The notes beneath the pieces are model-generated. The model ran no database searches. It was given only the letters and a program-made list of their open reading frames with translations, and was not told the origin of the DNA. Below, in pieces: positions 9,279 through 18,912 of a stretch of 64,000 bases of DNA. The translations under genes were made by a program, and so were the position numbers. The stretch's first letter is position 1; each line of letters opens with the position of its first letter. This DNA is from Myxococcales bacterium (GTDB lineage: Bacteria > Myxococcota > UBA727 > JABDBI01). The DNA lies in NCBI GenBank assembly GCA_023248545.1, contig JAHFEF010000011.1, forward strand, positions 162 to 64,161. Reading direction: 5' to 3'.

Positions 9279-11382
9279 CTGGCTCTTTACCTATGGCACG
9301 TTTGCGGCTGAGTCTAATCTTGCCTTCTCGGTCAATGCTCAAAACGACAACGTTTACTTCATCGCCTTCTTGCAACACATCGCTGACTTGGTTGACGCGT
9401 GTATCAGCTAGTTCGGACACATGAACCAAGCCTTCAGTGCCAGGGAAGAGTTCGACGAAAGCACCGAAATCCATCAAGCGTTTCACCAATCCACGGTAAA
9501 CGACACCGATTTCAGCTTCTTTCGTAATATCTTCGATAATGCGCATGGCTTTTTTGAGGCTTTCAGAGCCTACAGCCGCAATGCGAACGACACCGTCATC
9601 CGTAATATCAACTTTGGCGCCCGTTCTAGCCACGATGTCTCGAATGACGCGACCACCAGGACCGATAATATCGCGAATCTTGTCCGGGTGGATTCGAATG
9701 GTTGTGATGCGAGGAGCGTATTCAGACAACTGAGCGCGTGCTTCAGACAAGCCTTTCTTCATTTCGCCCAAAATGTGCAAACGGCCAACGCGCGCTTGCT
9801 CCAAGGCTTGCATGAGGATTTCGCGCGATAGACCGTCGATCTTGATGTCCATCTGAATGGCCGTAACGCCAGAGTCCGTGCCACAGACTTTGAAGTCCAT
9901 GTCACCTAAGTGGTCTTCATCGCCCAAGATATCGCTCAAGACAGCGACGCGGTTGCCTTCTTTAATCAATCCCATCGCAATGCCAGCCACTGGGGCTTTG
10001 AGCTTGATACCTGCATCCCACATGGCTAATGTTGCGCCACAAACTGAGGCCATTGACGAAGAACCATTAGATTCTGTAATTTCAGAGACAATTCGAATCG
10101 TATACGGAAAATCATCGCCCTGATCGGCCATTTTATCAACGGCGCGTTCTGCCAATGCACCGTGGCCGATCTCACGCCTGGAAGTGCCCCTGAGTGGCTT
10201 CGTTTCACCGACCGAAAATGGCGGGAAATTGTAGTGCAACATGAACTTGCGCGAAGACTCGCCCAAGAGCGTGTCCGTTCGTTGTTCATCTTCTTGGGTT
10301 CCAAGAGTGACACTCACAATGGCCTGGGTTTCACCTCGGGTAAACAGAGCAGAACCATGCGCTCTAGGCAAAACACCTGCTTCGGCACAAATGGGTCTGA
10401 TTTGGTCATAACCACGCCCGTCGATCCTTTTTTTAGAATCCAAGACACCAAAGCGCATGAGGTTAGATTTGACATCGCCAAAATAATCTCCGGCGAGTGC
10501 CAGTTCTTCTTCAGAAAAGCCAGCAAGCGCTTTTTCTTTGGAATCAGCAATGGCCTGATAACGGTCTTGTTTTTCGACCATCTTGAGGGCTTTATCCAGG
10601 CCAGCTTCAAGTGCGGATTTTTTGACGCGTTCGAACAAATCAGCGTTTTGAGTAGGTGCATCAAAGCTTAATTTTTCAACACCCATGTGTTCGCGCATTT
10701 CGTGACAAGCCTGAATCACTTTTTGGCCTTCGGCGTGCGCAAAAAACAAAGCATCTACCAGGTCTGCTTCAGAGACCTGATCGGCTCCGCCTTCGACCAT
10801 CACAATGGCGTCTTTGGAAGAAGCCACGAACATATCTATATCGCTTTTGGCCAAGGTTGACACTGTTGGGTTAGCTACCAATTGGCCGTCCACGCGGCCG
10901 ACTCGAACGCCTGCAATGGGGCCTGAGTCTGTTGCAAATGGCAAGTTGCTGACATGCAATGCCATCGAAGCACCACATAAAGCCATGACATCTGTATCGT
11001 GTTCACCGTCGTGCGACATGACAGTTGCTATTACTTGGACTTCGTTGTGAAAGCCTTCAGGAAATAGGGGCCTAATCGAACGATCGATGATTCGAGCGTT
11101 TAATATCTCAGCGTCTCGAGGTTTGGTTTCGCGCTTGAAAAACCCGCCTGGGATTCGACCCGCTGCGTAGGCTTTTTCAATGTATTCGCAGGTGAGGGGA
11201 AAGAAATCGATGCCTTCTCTGGGTTTGGTGCTGGCACAAACTGTTACCAGTACGACAGAGTCGCCCCAGCGAACCCATACCGCGCCTGAGGCTTGTTTGG
11301 CAATTTTACCCATTTCAAAAGTCATGGGTGTGTCGCCAATCAAGGCGCTGGTCGTAAAATGTTTTTTGCTGTTGTGATCCAT
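9256..11382 (-). CDS. pnp: Polyribonucleotide nucleotidyltransferase (PNPase)
   Basis: DFFPLT, AAGRIPGGFFKRE, RREIGHGALA, SNGSSSMASVC, DHLGDMDFKV; KH and S1 domains. Confidence 0.99.
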   Translation of the reverse strand: MDHNSKKHFTTSALIGDTPMTFEMGKIAKQASGAVWVRWGDSVVLVTVCASTKPREGIDFFPLTCEYIEKAYAAGRIPGGFFKRETKPRDAEILNARIIDRSIRPLFPEGFHNEVQVIATVMSHDGEHDTDVMALCGASMALHVSNLPFATDSGPIAGVRVGRVDGQLVANPTVSTLAKSDIDMFVASSKDAIVMVEGGADQVSEADLVDALFFAHAEGQKVIQACHEMREHMGVEKLSFDAPTQNADLFERVKKSALEAGLDKALKMVEKQDRYQAIADSKEKALAGFSEEELALAGDYFGDVKSNLMRFGVLDSKKRIDGRGYDQIRPICAEAGVLPRAHGSALFTRGETQAIVSVTLGTQEDEQRTDTLLGESSRKFMLHYNFPPFSVGETKPLRGTSRREIGHGALAERAVDKMADQGDDFPYTIRIVSEITESNGSSSMASVCGATLAMWDAGIKLKAPVAGIAMGLIKEGNRVAVLSDILGDEDHLGDMDFKVCGTDSGVTAIQMDIKIDGLSREILMQALEQARVGRLHILGEMKKGLSEARAQLSEYAPRITTIRIHPDKIRDIIGPGGRVIRDIVARTGAKVDITDDGVVRIAAVGSESLKKAMRIIEDITKEAEIGVVYRGLVKRLMDFGAFVELFPGTEGLVHVSELADTRVNQVSDVLQEGDEVNVVVLSIDREGKIRLSRKRAIGKEPGEKINLS

Positions 11383-11386
11383 AAAA

Positions 11387-11650
11387 TTATTTGCGCAATC
11401 CTAGGGCGCCAATCAACTTCTTATACCGAGTGTGGTCAAGTTGGCTTAAATATTTAATCAGCCGACGTCGCTGAGATACCATTTTCATGAGACCTCTTCG
11501 AGAATGATGGTCTTTCTCGTGGGTTTTAAAATGGTCAGTCAAGTGGTTGATTCGATCCGTCAGCAGCGCGGCTTGAACTTCCGGAGAACCCGTGTCAGAC
11601 GCATGTTGAGCAAATTGAGAAACGATTTCTTGTTTGGGACGAAGAGTCAT
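11387..11650 (-). CDS. rpsO: 30S ribosomal protein S15
   Basis: DTGSPEVQ...[11 protein letters not shown]...LGLRK; conserved rpsO-pnp gene order. Confidence 0.99.
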   Translation of the reverse strand: MTLRPKQEIVSQFAQHASDTGSPEVQAALLTDRINHLTDHFKTHEKDHHSRRGLMKMVSQRRRLIKYLSQLDHTRYKKLIGALGLRK

Positions 11651-11748
11651 ATTTTTTCACCTTGTGAAGACACCCTGGAAACAGCCAAAATGGCCATTAT
11701 GACCGGGTCTTTTATAACCGCCGTTTATCCCAGGCTTATCGCATGCTG

Positions 11749-12681
11749 TCAAGACAGCGCCCGCAAAATCCTGTCTTTGATGCTTTCCCATTCTTTGCCC
11801 TCTGGTAATCTCTCGATCCAGAGGCTTTGGGTTTTCGAAGCTTCGAGCCTGTATAGCGCGGCAAAGAGTCCTTTGGCGTAGCCTTTTGGATTATTTGGCA
11901 ATATTTCATACACCCGGCTTTCGAAATACCGGGGCGTGTGTACTAAGAAGGCTGTTCCCGGGGGGGCTCGCTCGAGTTCTTCTAGACTGGCCAGCTTAAT
12001 TTCGGGGATTAGCGGCGCATAGTGTTTATCGAGTCGGCCGGGAGAACCCTGGATTTTCCCCGAAGTATCCCGGCCAATAGGATCAAGATTGAGAGCTCCC
12101 GGCCTTAAAACAACTGGCGGATTCTGGGAGATATCTATGACAGTGGATTCGAGGCCATATTCACAGGGCCCTGCATCCAAAACAGCGCTGATTTTGTCAC
12201 CCAGGGTGAGCAGCACATGATCCGCCGTGGTGCTGCTGGGGCGCCCAGAAGCATTGGCGCTGGGAGCAACTACGGGTGCGTCGATCAATCTGAGTAATTC
12301 GAGCGCAACCGGGTGCGCTGGCACGCGCACGGCGACTTTATCTAAGCCACCAGTTGCTAGCATGGGTACATGCTTGGCTTTTGGGGCGACGAGGGTGAGC
12401 GGTCCGGGCCAATATTTTTGGGCCAGCTGCCAAAAAAGTTCAGGAGATTCTAAATCCAGGAGCTCAAGAGCTTTTTGAGCTGAGTGTACGTGCAAGATTA
12501 ACGGGTTATAAGCAGGTCGATTTTTGGCTGCGAATACTTTTGAGATCGCTGCTTCGTCTAAGCCTAAAGCTCCAAGACCATAGACCGTTTCCGTCGGGAA
12601 AGCGACCAATTCGCCGGCACGAATTAATTCGGCCGTTTTCTGGATGTTGGTTTGGGTGGCAGGGAACCTTTGACAAAGCAT
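11749..12681 (-). CDS. sua5: L-threonylcarbamoyladenylate synthase (Sua5/TsaC)
   Basis: VAFPTETVYGLGA, KNRPAYNPLI, WPGPLT, APSANASG, plus C-terminal SUA5 domain (SPG..HYAP). Confidence 0.95.
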   Translation of the reverse strand: MLCQRFPATQTNIQKTAELIRAGELVAFPTETVYGLGALGLDEAAISKVFAAKNRPAYNPLILHVHSAQKALELLDLESPELFWQLAQKYWPGPLTLVAPKAKHVPMLATGGLDKVAVRVPAHPVALELLRLIDAPVVAPSANASGRPSSTTADHVLLTLGDKISAVLDAGPCEYGLESTVIDISQNPPVVLRPGALNLDPIGRDTSGKIQGSPGRLDKHYAPLIPEIKLASLEELERAPPGTAFLVHTPRYFESRVYEILPNNPKGYAKGLFAALYRLEASKTQSLWIERLPEGKEWESIKDRILRALS

Positions 12682-12705
12682 GGCGCTTCATAGCACTCTT
12701 AGGCC

Positions 12706-13413
12706 GTGAACGGAATGATCCTTGCAGCTGGGCTGGGCGTGCGCCTGAGGCCCCTCACTCTTACCAAGCCCAAACCCTTGATTGAGCTCCATGGTAAGCC
12801 TCTTATCCAATACACGCTGGACTACATGGCTCAGGCCGGGGTCAAGAAAATCGCGATTAATACGCATTATTTAGCTGATCAAATTCCCCAAGTGTTGGGC
12901 GATCACTATAAAGGCATCCCTATCTCCTACCTATATGAACCTGAGATTTTGGGGACAGGTGGTGGCCTTAAAAACGCCTGCGAGCAAGTATTGGGTTTCG
13001 ACGATCCGATATTTCTGATGAACAGCGATATTGCTGTTGATCTAGACCTGCCTGGTTTTTTGGCTGCACATGAAAAAGCCCAGCCAGCAGCGACGCTTTT
13101 ATTAAAGACCGTTTCGAGACCTAAAGGTTTTGTGGAAATTGGAACTGATGCCGAGGGCTACGTGCGAGGAATGATCGGCCTTGTGCCCTATGCGGGACCT
13201 CAATTATTAGAGCGTCTATTTTGTGGCACACACGTGATTTCACCCGAGGCCTTGAGTCGGCTGCCTCAGCAAAAAAAATTTGGGATCATCGATGGCTTTT
13301 ATGTGCCACTGCTCAAAGCCGGTTTGGAAATTCTAGGTGTCGAACAAGTCGGAGCGTATTTTGACCTCGGCACGCTGGCAAGTCTTCAGGAAGCAGAGAA
13401 TTTTTTCAGTTGA
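12706..13413 (+). CDS. Nucleotidyltransferase family protein (MurU/NDP-sugar pyrophosphorylase-like)
   Basis: MILAAGLGVRLRPLT..PKPL, E.ILGTGGGL, YFDLGT. Confidence 0.9.
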   Translation: MNGMILAAGLGVRLRPLTLTKPKPLIELHGKPLIQYTLDYMAQAGVKKIAINTHYLADQIPQVLGDHYKGIPISYLYEPEILGTGGGLKNACEQVLGFDDPIFLMNSDIAVDLDLPGFLAAHEKAQPAATLLLKTVSRPKGFVEIGTDAEGYVRGMIGLVPYAGPQLLERLFCGTHVISPEALSRLPQQKKFGIIDGFYVPLLKAGLEILGVEQVGAYFDLGTLASLQEAENFFS

Positions 13414-13445
13414 ATAAATAATTTTCCGTGCTAGGGGACCGGGCT

Positions 13446-14942
13446 ATGACAAATACACAACGCATCAGCACCGAAGTAACCAATTTCTTAAACCAACCCA
13501 AAAAACTCCTGATCAACGGCGAGTGGATGGCCAGCCAATCAAACAAGAATTTTGGCGTCGAAAATCCCGCCAACGGGGACACGCTGGGTCAAGTGGCCCA
13601 CGGAGAGGCGGCCGATATAGACAAAGCCGTTCGTGCTGCTCGCGAAGCATTTGACCACGGTCCGTGGACAAAAATGATGGTCGCCGAGCGTTCCAAGATG
13701 ATTTGGAAATTGGCGGATTTGATGGAGCAACATGCGGAGCAATTCGCGCAGCTCGAGTCACTCGACAATGGTAAGCCCCTGGCTGTTGCTCGGGCTGCTG
13801 ATGTGCCACTTGCTGTGGATATTTTTAGATACATGGCTGGTTGGTCGACGAAGATTCACGGCGAAACTTTTCCTGTGTCGGTCCCCTATACACCCGATAC
13901 ACGCTATTTAACTTACACCCTGAAAGAACCGGTCGGCGTTGTGGGGCAGATTATTCCCTGGAACTTTCCGTTGTTGATGGCGGCTTGGAAATTGGCACCG
14001 GCGCTCGCCAGTGGCTGCACAGTGGTTTTGAAACCTGCTGAGCAGACGCCACTGTCGGCTTTGCTATTGGGCGAACTGGTTCTAAAAGCCGGATTCCCCA
14101 AAGGCGTTGTTAATATTGTCACGGGCTTTGGAGACGCAGGCGCGGCATTGGTGCAGCATCCAATGGTCGATAAAGTGGCGTTTACGGGTTCTACAGAAGT
14201 GGGTCGCTTAATTTTGCAGGGTGCGGCCAGTAATCTGAAAAAAGTTTCGCTTGAATTGGGAGGTAAGTCACCCAATATTGTTTTTGCGGATGCCGATTTA
14301 GACGCCGCGATTGCCGGCGCAGCCAGTGCAATATTTTTCAACCATGGTCAGTGTTGCTGCGCAGGTTCGCGTTTGTTTGTCGAACACAGCGTGTTTGATC
14401 GGGTGGTTGACGGTGTATCGAAAATCGCCGAGGCCATCCAAATTGGAGATGGGTTTGACCCCGGTACCCAAATGGGGCCTTTGGTATCGCGAGAGCAGTT
14501 TGACAAAGTGTGTGGCTATATCCAATCTGGAGTCAAAGACGGCGCGCAGCTTAAAGCCGGCGGAAAAGCGTTGGAGCGTCCTGGCTATTTCGTCAGGCCA
14601 ACCGTGATGACGGATACGGCGTCACACATGAAGGTGATTCAGGAAGAAATCTTTGGACCTGTGGTGGCCGCGATGCCATTTAAAAATACCGATGACGTAG
14701 TTAAAGAAGCCAATAACACGGACTATGGCCTCGCAGCTGGTATTTGGACGCGTGATTTGAGCAAAGCACACGCCATGAGCGCCAAGTTGCGCGTGGGAAC
14801 AACCTGGGTGAACTGTTATAATATTTTCGACGCTGCGTTGCCTTTTGGGGGTTACAAGCAATCCGGTTGGGGCCGCGAGATGGGCAAACAAGCGATTGAC
14901 TTGTACACCGAGACTAAGTCGGTCTGTTTGCCTTTATCCTAA
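13446..14942 (+). CDS. NAD-dependent aldehyde dehydrogenase
   Basis: IIPWNFP, FTGSTEVG, LELGGKSP, GQCCCAG, EEIFGPV, PFGGYKQSG. Confidence 0.97.
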   Translation: MTNTQRISTEVTNFLNQPKKLLINGEWMASQSNKNFGVENPANGDTLGQVAHGEAADIDKAVRAAREAFDHGPWTKMMVAERSKMIWKLADLMEQHAEQFAQLESLDNGKPLAVARAADVPLAVDIFRYMAGWSTKIHGETFPVSVPYTPDTRYLTYTLKEPVGVVGQIIPWNFPLLMAAWKLAPALASGCTVVLKPAEQTPLSALLLGELVLKAGFPKGVVNIVTGFGDAGAALVQHPMVDKVAFTGSTEVGRLILQGAASNLKKVSLELGGKSPNIVFADADLDAAIAGAASAIFFNHGQCCCAGSRLFVEHSVFDRVVDGVSKIAEAIQIGDGFDPGTQMGPLVSREQFDKVCGYIQSGVKDGAQLKAGGKALERPGYFVRPTVMTDTASHMKVIQEEIFGPVVAAMPFKNTDDVVKEANNTDYGLAAGIWTRDLSKAHAMSAKLRVGTTWVNCYNIFDAALPFGGYKQSGWGREMGKQAIDLYTETKSVCLPLS

Positions 14943-14950
14943 AAAATAGG

Positions 14951-14979
14951 TTGCATGATACGATGGCTTATCGTATCAT
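14951..14979 (+). promoter_or_regulatory. Sigma70-like promoter overlapped by a palindromic operator for vapBC
   Basis: TTGCAT-17 bp-TATCAT; perfect inverted repeat ATGATACGAT-ggctt-ATCGTATCAT at 14955-14979. Confidence 0.7.
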
Positions 14980-14985
14980 TGGACT

Positions 14986-15204
14986 ATGAAGGTAACAGCG
15001 CTGATTCCCGATGATTTAGTCCAAGAAGTTAAAAGTCTGTCTCATGCAAAGACAACTACTGAAGCATTGGTGATTGTGATGACCGAGTGGCTTTCGTCCA
15101 AACGGTTGCGTACTTTAAACGAAAAAGTTCAGAAATCTCCATTGCAATTTCGGGATGATTTTTCAGCGGACAAAGTACGCGCGTTGAACAGGCAAACCAC
15201 ATGA
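14986..15204 (+). CDS. VapB-like antitoxin (DUF2191-like)
   Basis: 72 aa with RHH-like N-terminus MKVTALIPDDLVQEV...TTTEAL; ATGA overlap with the PIN gene. Confidence 0.8.
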   Translation: MKVTALIPDDLVQEVKSLSHAKTTTEALVIVMTEWLSSKRLRTLNEKVQKSPLQFRDDFSADKVRALNRQTT

Positions 15205-15569
15205 TTCTGGTGGATACATCTGTTTGGATTGACTTTTTTCGTGGCAGAGCTGCTGCCGCTCGGTTGAGTGATCTCATTGAGCAGCGAGAAATTGCGACCA
15301 TCGGCTGTATTTTTGCTGAGCTCCTGCAAGGAGCTCGTAGTCAGGAAGAGGTTGAGACCCTGAGTAGTTACTGGGCCGATTTGCCAAGGCTAAATGAAGA
15401 CTCAATTTGGTTTGAGGCAGGATTGCTTTCGTTTCAAAATAAATATTACACCAGAGGTGTCGGCTTGATCGACCTGGCGATCATAACAGCTGCGCGAAAA
15501 AATCAATGTCGAATTTGGACACTGGATAAGAAGCTTCAAAGCGTTTTAGAGTTGTCGGAAGTTTTTTAA
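15201..15569 (+). CDS. vapC: VapC PIN-domain toxin
   Basis: MILVDTSVWIDFF, ELLQG, IDLAI, IWTLDK. Confidence 0.92.
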   Translation: MILVDTSVWIDFFRGRAAAARLSDLIEQREIATIGCIFAELLQGARSQEEVETLSSYWADLPRLNEDSIWFEAGLLSFQNKYYTRGVGLIDLAIITAARKNQCRIWTLDKKLQSVLELSEVF

Positions 15570-15586
15570 AAAGCCTAGCCTCTTAG

Positions 15587-16672
15587 CTAAAGCCTCAGGC
15601 GTTCCGCGATATATTTTGCGAATATCGCCGACGTATCGACCACTTGGGCCTCATAGCCCAGTGCCTGATGGACGGTGCTTGTGTTCAAAGCCAACGGCAA
15701 CTCAGTGCAGGCGAGCAACACGTGAGAAACAGGTGGGTTGGCAAGTTCCCGGATGACAGTGCTGAGTTTTTGCTGACCCACTTCAATTTGACCGGACTTA
15801 ATCAGATCGATGGCTTCTTGAACCCGGGGTTGTTCATTTTCAGTGGGCGTAGCGACGTTCATGCCTAGGTTGCGCAGTGCTTTAGGGTAAAGCTCATGTT
15901 CGTAGGCACTGGTGGTGCCAAGCACCAAAATTCGGGCGGGTGCAGGGCTGCTTTGTCGCAATTGATTGGACACATAACTGACGCCGTCAAACATGCGGTT
16001 TCTAGAAAATAAATTAAATAATCCAAGCCGAATGTGTGCCGTGTTGCTTGCCAAGACAAACTCGTCGACCCCCGGTTGGCTCACGAAATTCCAAATATCG
16101 TGCAAATAGTCCAAGGCCCATAGATGGAGTGCCGCCAAAAAATTCCGAGGTGGATGTGGATTTGAATCGAGTTTGATCTCAACCGAGTGTGTCGGAGCTT
16201 TCCCGAAGTTAAATTCGGCTTCAATCTGTTTAATTAAACTTGCGTCGGCGAGGGGGCCTAGGCCCCCTAGAATGCCTATACTTTTTTCTGGCTGTGAATG
16301 GCTATTGCGCAGCGTCAGCAAAATTTGAGGCCGGTCTGACTCGTTTGGGAAGTGCTTGGCCAACTCCGTTTGCAACTCAGAATAATAAGCCCAGTTTGAC
16401 AATGGCAAATGGAGCGTGAGGGTGTCTGAAGCGGGGGCGGTACTGCTGGCCAAATATCGACCAACGATGCGGGTACTCCAAGCTTGTGGGCTTTCTCCTG
16501 GAGCAGGCTGAATACTTCCAAAAATGCTGCTTGTACCCCGAGGACGCGGAGAACACAACGTGAGCTCGCTGTGATCAATGGCGGTCTGATGTTTGGCTGG
16601 GGATACGGCTGTGCCTAAAACAGCCACAGTCGGTGAAACAGGGATTTTTTCAGTTGCGGGTTGAACCAACAT
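15587..16672 (-). CDS. Aspartate/glutamate racemase family protein with N-terminal extension
   Basis: IGILGGLGPLA, LASNTAH, LVLGT, LLACTELPL, VDTS. Confidence 0.82.
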   Translation of the reverse strand: MLVQPATEKIPVSPTVAVLGTAVSPAKHQTAIDHSELTLCSPRPRGTSSIFGSIQPAPGESPQAWSTRIVGRYLASSTAPASDTLTLHLPLSNWAYYSELQTELAKHFPNESDRPQILLTLRNSHSQPEKSIGILGGLGPLADASLIKQIEAEFNFGKAPTHSVEIKLDSNPHPPRNFLAALHLWALDYLHDIWNFVSQPGVDEFVLASNTAHIRLGLFNLFSRNRMFDGVSYVSNQLRQSSPAPARILVLGTTSAYEHELYPKALRNLGMNVATPTENEQPRVQEAIDLIKSGQIEVGQQKLSTVIRELANPPVSHVLLACTELPLALNTSTVHQALGYEAQVVDTSAIFAKYIAERLRL

Positions 16673-16755
16673 GACGAAACCTCGCAGTGTTTAGCGACGA
16701 GGCTGCGGATTTGGCCGTTTTGGAATGCTTTGACCTGTCCAGGAGTTTTTACTTC

Positions 16756-17271
16756 ATGGTGAAGACAAATGTCTGGGCTATCTTATGGGTTCTATTAAGC
16801 TGTCTTTCTGTTCATGCTGCCAATCCTTCCAGCGCTGATATTACTCAGAATACTGAAAGCATATTGGCGCTGAAAGCAAGCATCGACAACATGACCCAGC
16901 AATTGGCTGGTATGACTGAATCGCTGACATCGGTGGTATCAGCGATTTCCAACAGCAATGGAATCGCGGAAAAAATCAATACCAATGTCGAAAGAATTAT
17001 TCCGATGATTCCAGCAGTTTCAAACGTTGTGGGAGACACGGCAACGGAATTAGGGAGAGTGGCGGATAGAATTGGAAATGCAACGGAACTGCTTCAAAGC
17101 AAAACCAGCCTAGCAATTGTTGCTGAAACAGCCGGTGTGGGCGCGGGTGTCATTATTGGTGCTGCGTTTTTGGCCTGGACACTGTTTCACAATGTTCACA
17201 AGTGTCTACATAATCGCCAGAACTCGGGGCATAACGATCCAGTCGTTCCCACGGGCGCTTCGCCTGCATAG
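16756..17271 (+). CDS. Hypothetical membrane-anchored coiled-coil protein
   Basis: AGGAG SD, signal peptide, heptad-like middle region, C-terminal TM helix. Confidence 0.6.
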   Translation: MVKTNVWAILWVLLSCLSVHAANPSSADITQNTESILALKASIDNMTQQLAGMTESLTSVVSAISNSNGIAEKINTNVERIIPMIPAVSNVVGDTATELGRVADRIGNATELLQSKTSLAIVAETAGVGAGVIIGAAFLAWTLFHNVHKCLHNRQNSGHNDPVVPTGASPA

Positions 17272-17278
17272 GGCTTAA

Positions 17279-18154
17279 TTAACTACCACAAGCACTCTGC
17301 GACGTTACCCATAGGCATGGTTTACCGACGAGCGTTGTCCCCGCACAGACCACCTGTGACCGAAGTTGTTGGCATTGGGTGGCTGGCGTACAAGTCGTTC
17401 CACTCCAAAAACAGGAACCGTCTGAGGCAAAAGCAACCTGGCAGGCCAGCTGGTTGGTCAAATTGGAACATTGGAAATTCTGAGTTTTGACATAACAACC
17501 TAGGCTGTCAGCCCAACTGCATCGGGTTCCTAACTGAGACGTGGCGAGGCAAGAAGTTTGGCTGGTTGCTTGGTAGCAAAAGTCTGTGGCGACGCAAGCA
17601 CCGGAACTACCTGTTTGGGAAATCCAGTAACAACCACTTCCCGAAATCGCTTGTTGGTTACAGATGGCTTGGTTAGAAATTTGTGAGCACTGTGTGATCG
17701 ACGAGATACAAGTGCTAGATATGCTGTTCCAAATACAACTAGTGGTTGGACAGGTTGCTAGGGTGAGATTGGAGCTGCAAAAATTAGAAGGTTGATTCGA
17801 GTAGATGCAGCCAGAACCCAACCAAGAACAGGTTGTGCCAGACAACGAGGTTGCCAAACAGGAGTTTCCGGTCGATGTTTGGGAGCAGGTGCTGGCTTGG
17901 ACGCAATATAAACCGGCCCAGAAGCAGCCCACACCATTAAGTGTTTGGAGCGAGCACAATACAGGATCTGTCACGTCAGAACATTGGCTGGGTGCTTCGG
18001 TGCAAATGCTTCCTGTCCAAGTACACGTCGCTGGGCAAAGATTAAATGTTGTATAGAATCTGCAGCTATTGGCGTTATTGGTCGTGCTAACGCCGCTGCA
18101 GGCCGCAAGGGTTAGAAGAACCAGTAGGACCAGTAATTTCACGCAGTTGTTCAT
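17279..18154 (-). CDS. Cysteine-rich repeat lipoprotein
   Basis: Lipobox LAAC; eight 4-Cys units of the form C-x8-C-x(3-9)-C-x-W-x(4-9)-C; Ser/Thr/Gln-rich. Confidence 0.8.
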   Translation of the reverse strand: MNNCVKLLVLLVLLTLAACSGVSTTNNANSCRFYTTFNLCPATCTWTGSICTEAPSQCSDVTDPVLCSLQTLNGVGCFWAGLYCVQASTCSQTSTGNSCLATSLSGTTCSWLGSGCIYSNQPSNFCSSNLTLATCPTTSCIWNSISSTCISSITQCSQISNQAICNQQAISGSGCYWISQTGSSGACVATDFCYQATSQTSCLATSQLGTRCSWADSLGCYVKTQNFQCSNLTNQLACQVAFASDGSCFWSGTTCTPATQCQQLRSQVVCAGTTLVGKPCLWVTSQSACGS

Positions 18155-18420
18155 GTGGGTAGCTTACCATGTAATCCAATTAAGATTTGTTCTATCTTTT
18201 CGGGGGTGCAGGCGTCATGCCAAACACCCTCCGGGTAGACAACCATGATGGGGCCATTTTTGCAGACTTGCAGACAATTGGCTTTGGTTCGGCGTACTTG
18301 ATCACCCAGGCCAAGCTCTGCAATGCGACGTTTTAAGTACTCCCAAGATTTGAGGCCTTCATCATGGTTACAGCACTTTGGCTTGGTTTGGTCCGAACAT
18401 AGAAAGATGTGTTTTTGCAT
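18151..18420 (-). CDS. Thioredoxin-like [2Fe-2S] ferredoxin
   Basis: KHIFLC...KCC...RTKANCLQVCKNGPIMVVYPEGVW. Confidence 0.9.
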   Translation of the reverse strand: MQKHIFLCSDQTKPKCCNHDEGLKSWEYLKRRIAELGLGDQVRRTKANCLQVCKNGPIMVVYPEGVWHDACTPEKIEQILIGLHGKLPT

Positions 18421-18494
18421 TTTGCTGAAATATCACAGAGAGTTTCTCACTTCTATCATCTCGGGGAGTGCGTTAATAGAGTGTCCGAGCAAGT

Positions 18495-18839
18495 TTATGG
18501 CACCACAGGATTCGACAAACGAACCCATGCAGTCTCCCTAAAATCGGGCAGATAGGGCTCAGCATTTCGCGCATTCGCATAGAGCTTATTTAGGTTTTCC
18601 CGGGTAACACCTCCATAAACACTCGTACACCACTCGAAATTTCCACGATAACGAAGTGTCAATGTTAACAAACTATCCGTCGTGAGTTCAACAACAAATG
18701 AAGTATATTTCGTGTCGAATGAGGCGTTTCTGAAAGTAACCGAGTTCCCAGGCCGCGGCCGAATTACTTCCTCCCAGTTGACAGCAAAAGTACTTTGAGC
18801 CGAAACCAATATAAGAGCCAGGATCACCCGTCTTATCAT
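18495..18839 (-). CDS. Hypothetical secreted protein
   Basis: Signal peptide MIRRVILALILVSAQSTFA; GGAGG SD. Confidence 0.65.
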   Translation of the reverse strand: MIRRVILALILVSAQSTFAVNWEEVIRPRPGNSVTFRNASFDTKYTSFVVELTTDSLLTLTLRYRGNFEWCTSVYGGVTRENLNKLYANARNAEPYLPDFRETAWVRLSNPVVP

Positions 18840-18912
18840 GCCACCTCCGCCTTTCTATTCACAACCACCGCAGGCCTTGACAATAATCCCATAGACTGAA
18901 AATCAAGCACCC

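Noticed and set aside
9421-11377. Numerous antisense ORFs over pnp (and likewise over nuo, tkt and clpA)
   Set aside because: Shadow ORFs opposite well-conserved genes, with no independent coding signal.
11651-11748. Possible S15 autoregulatory leader RNA
   Set aside because: The position fits, but I could not identify a convincing conserved structure by eye.
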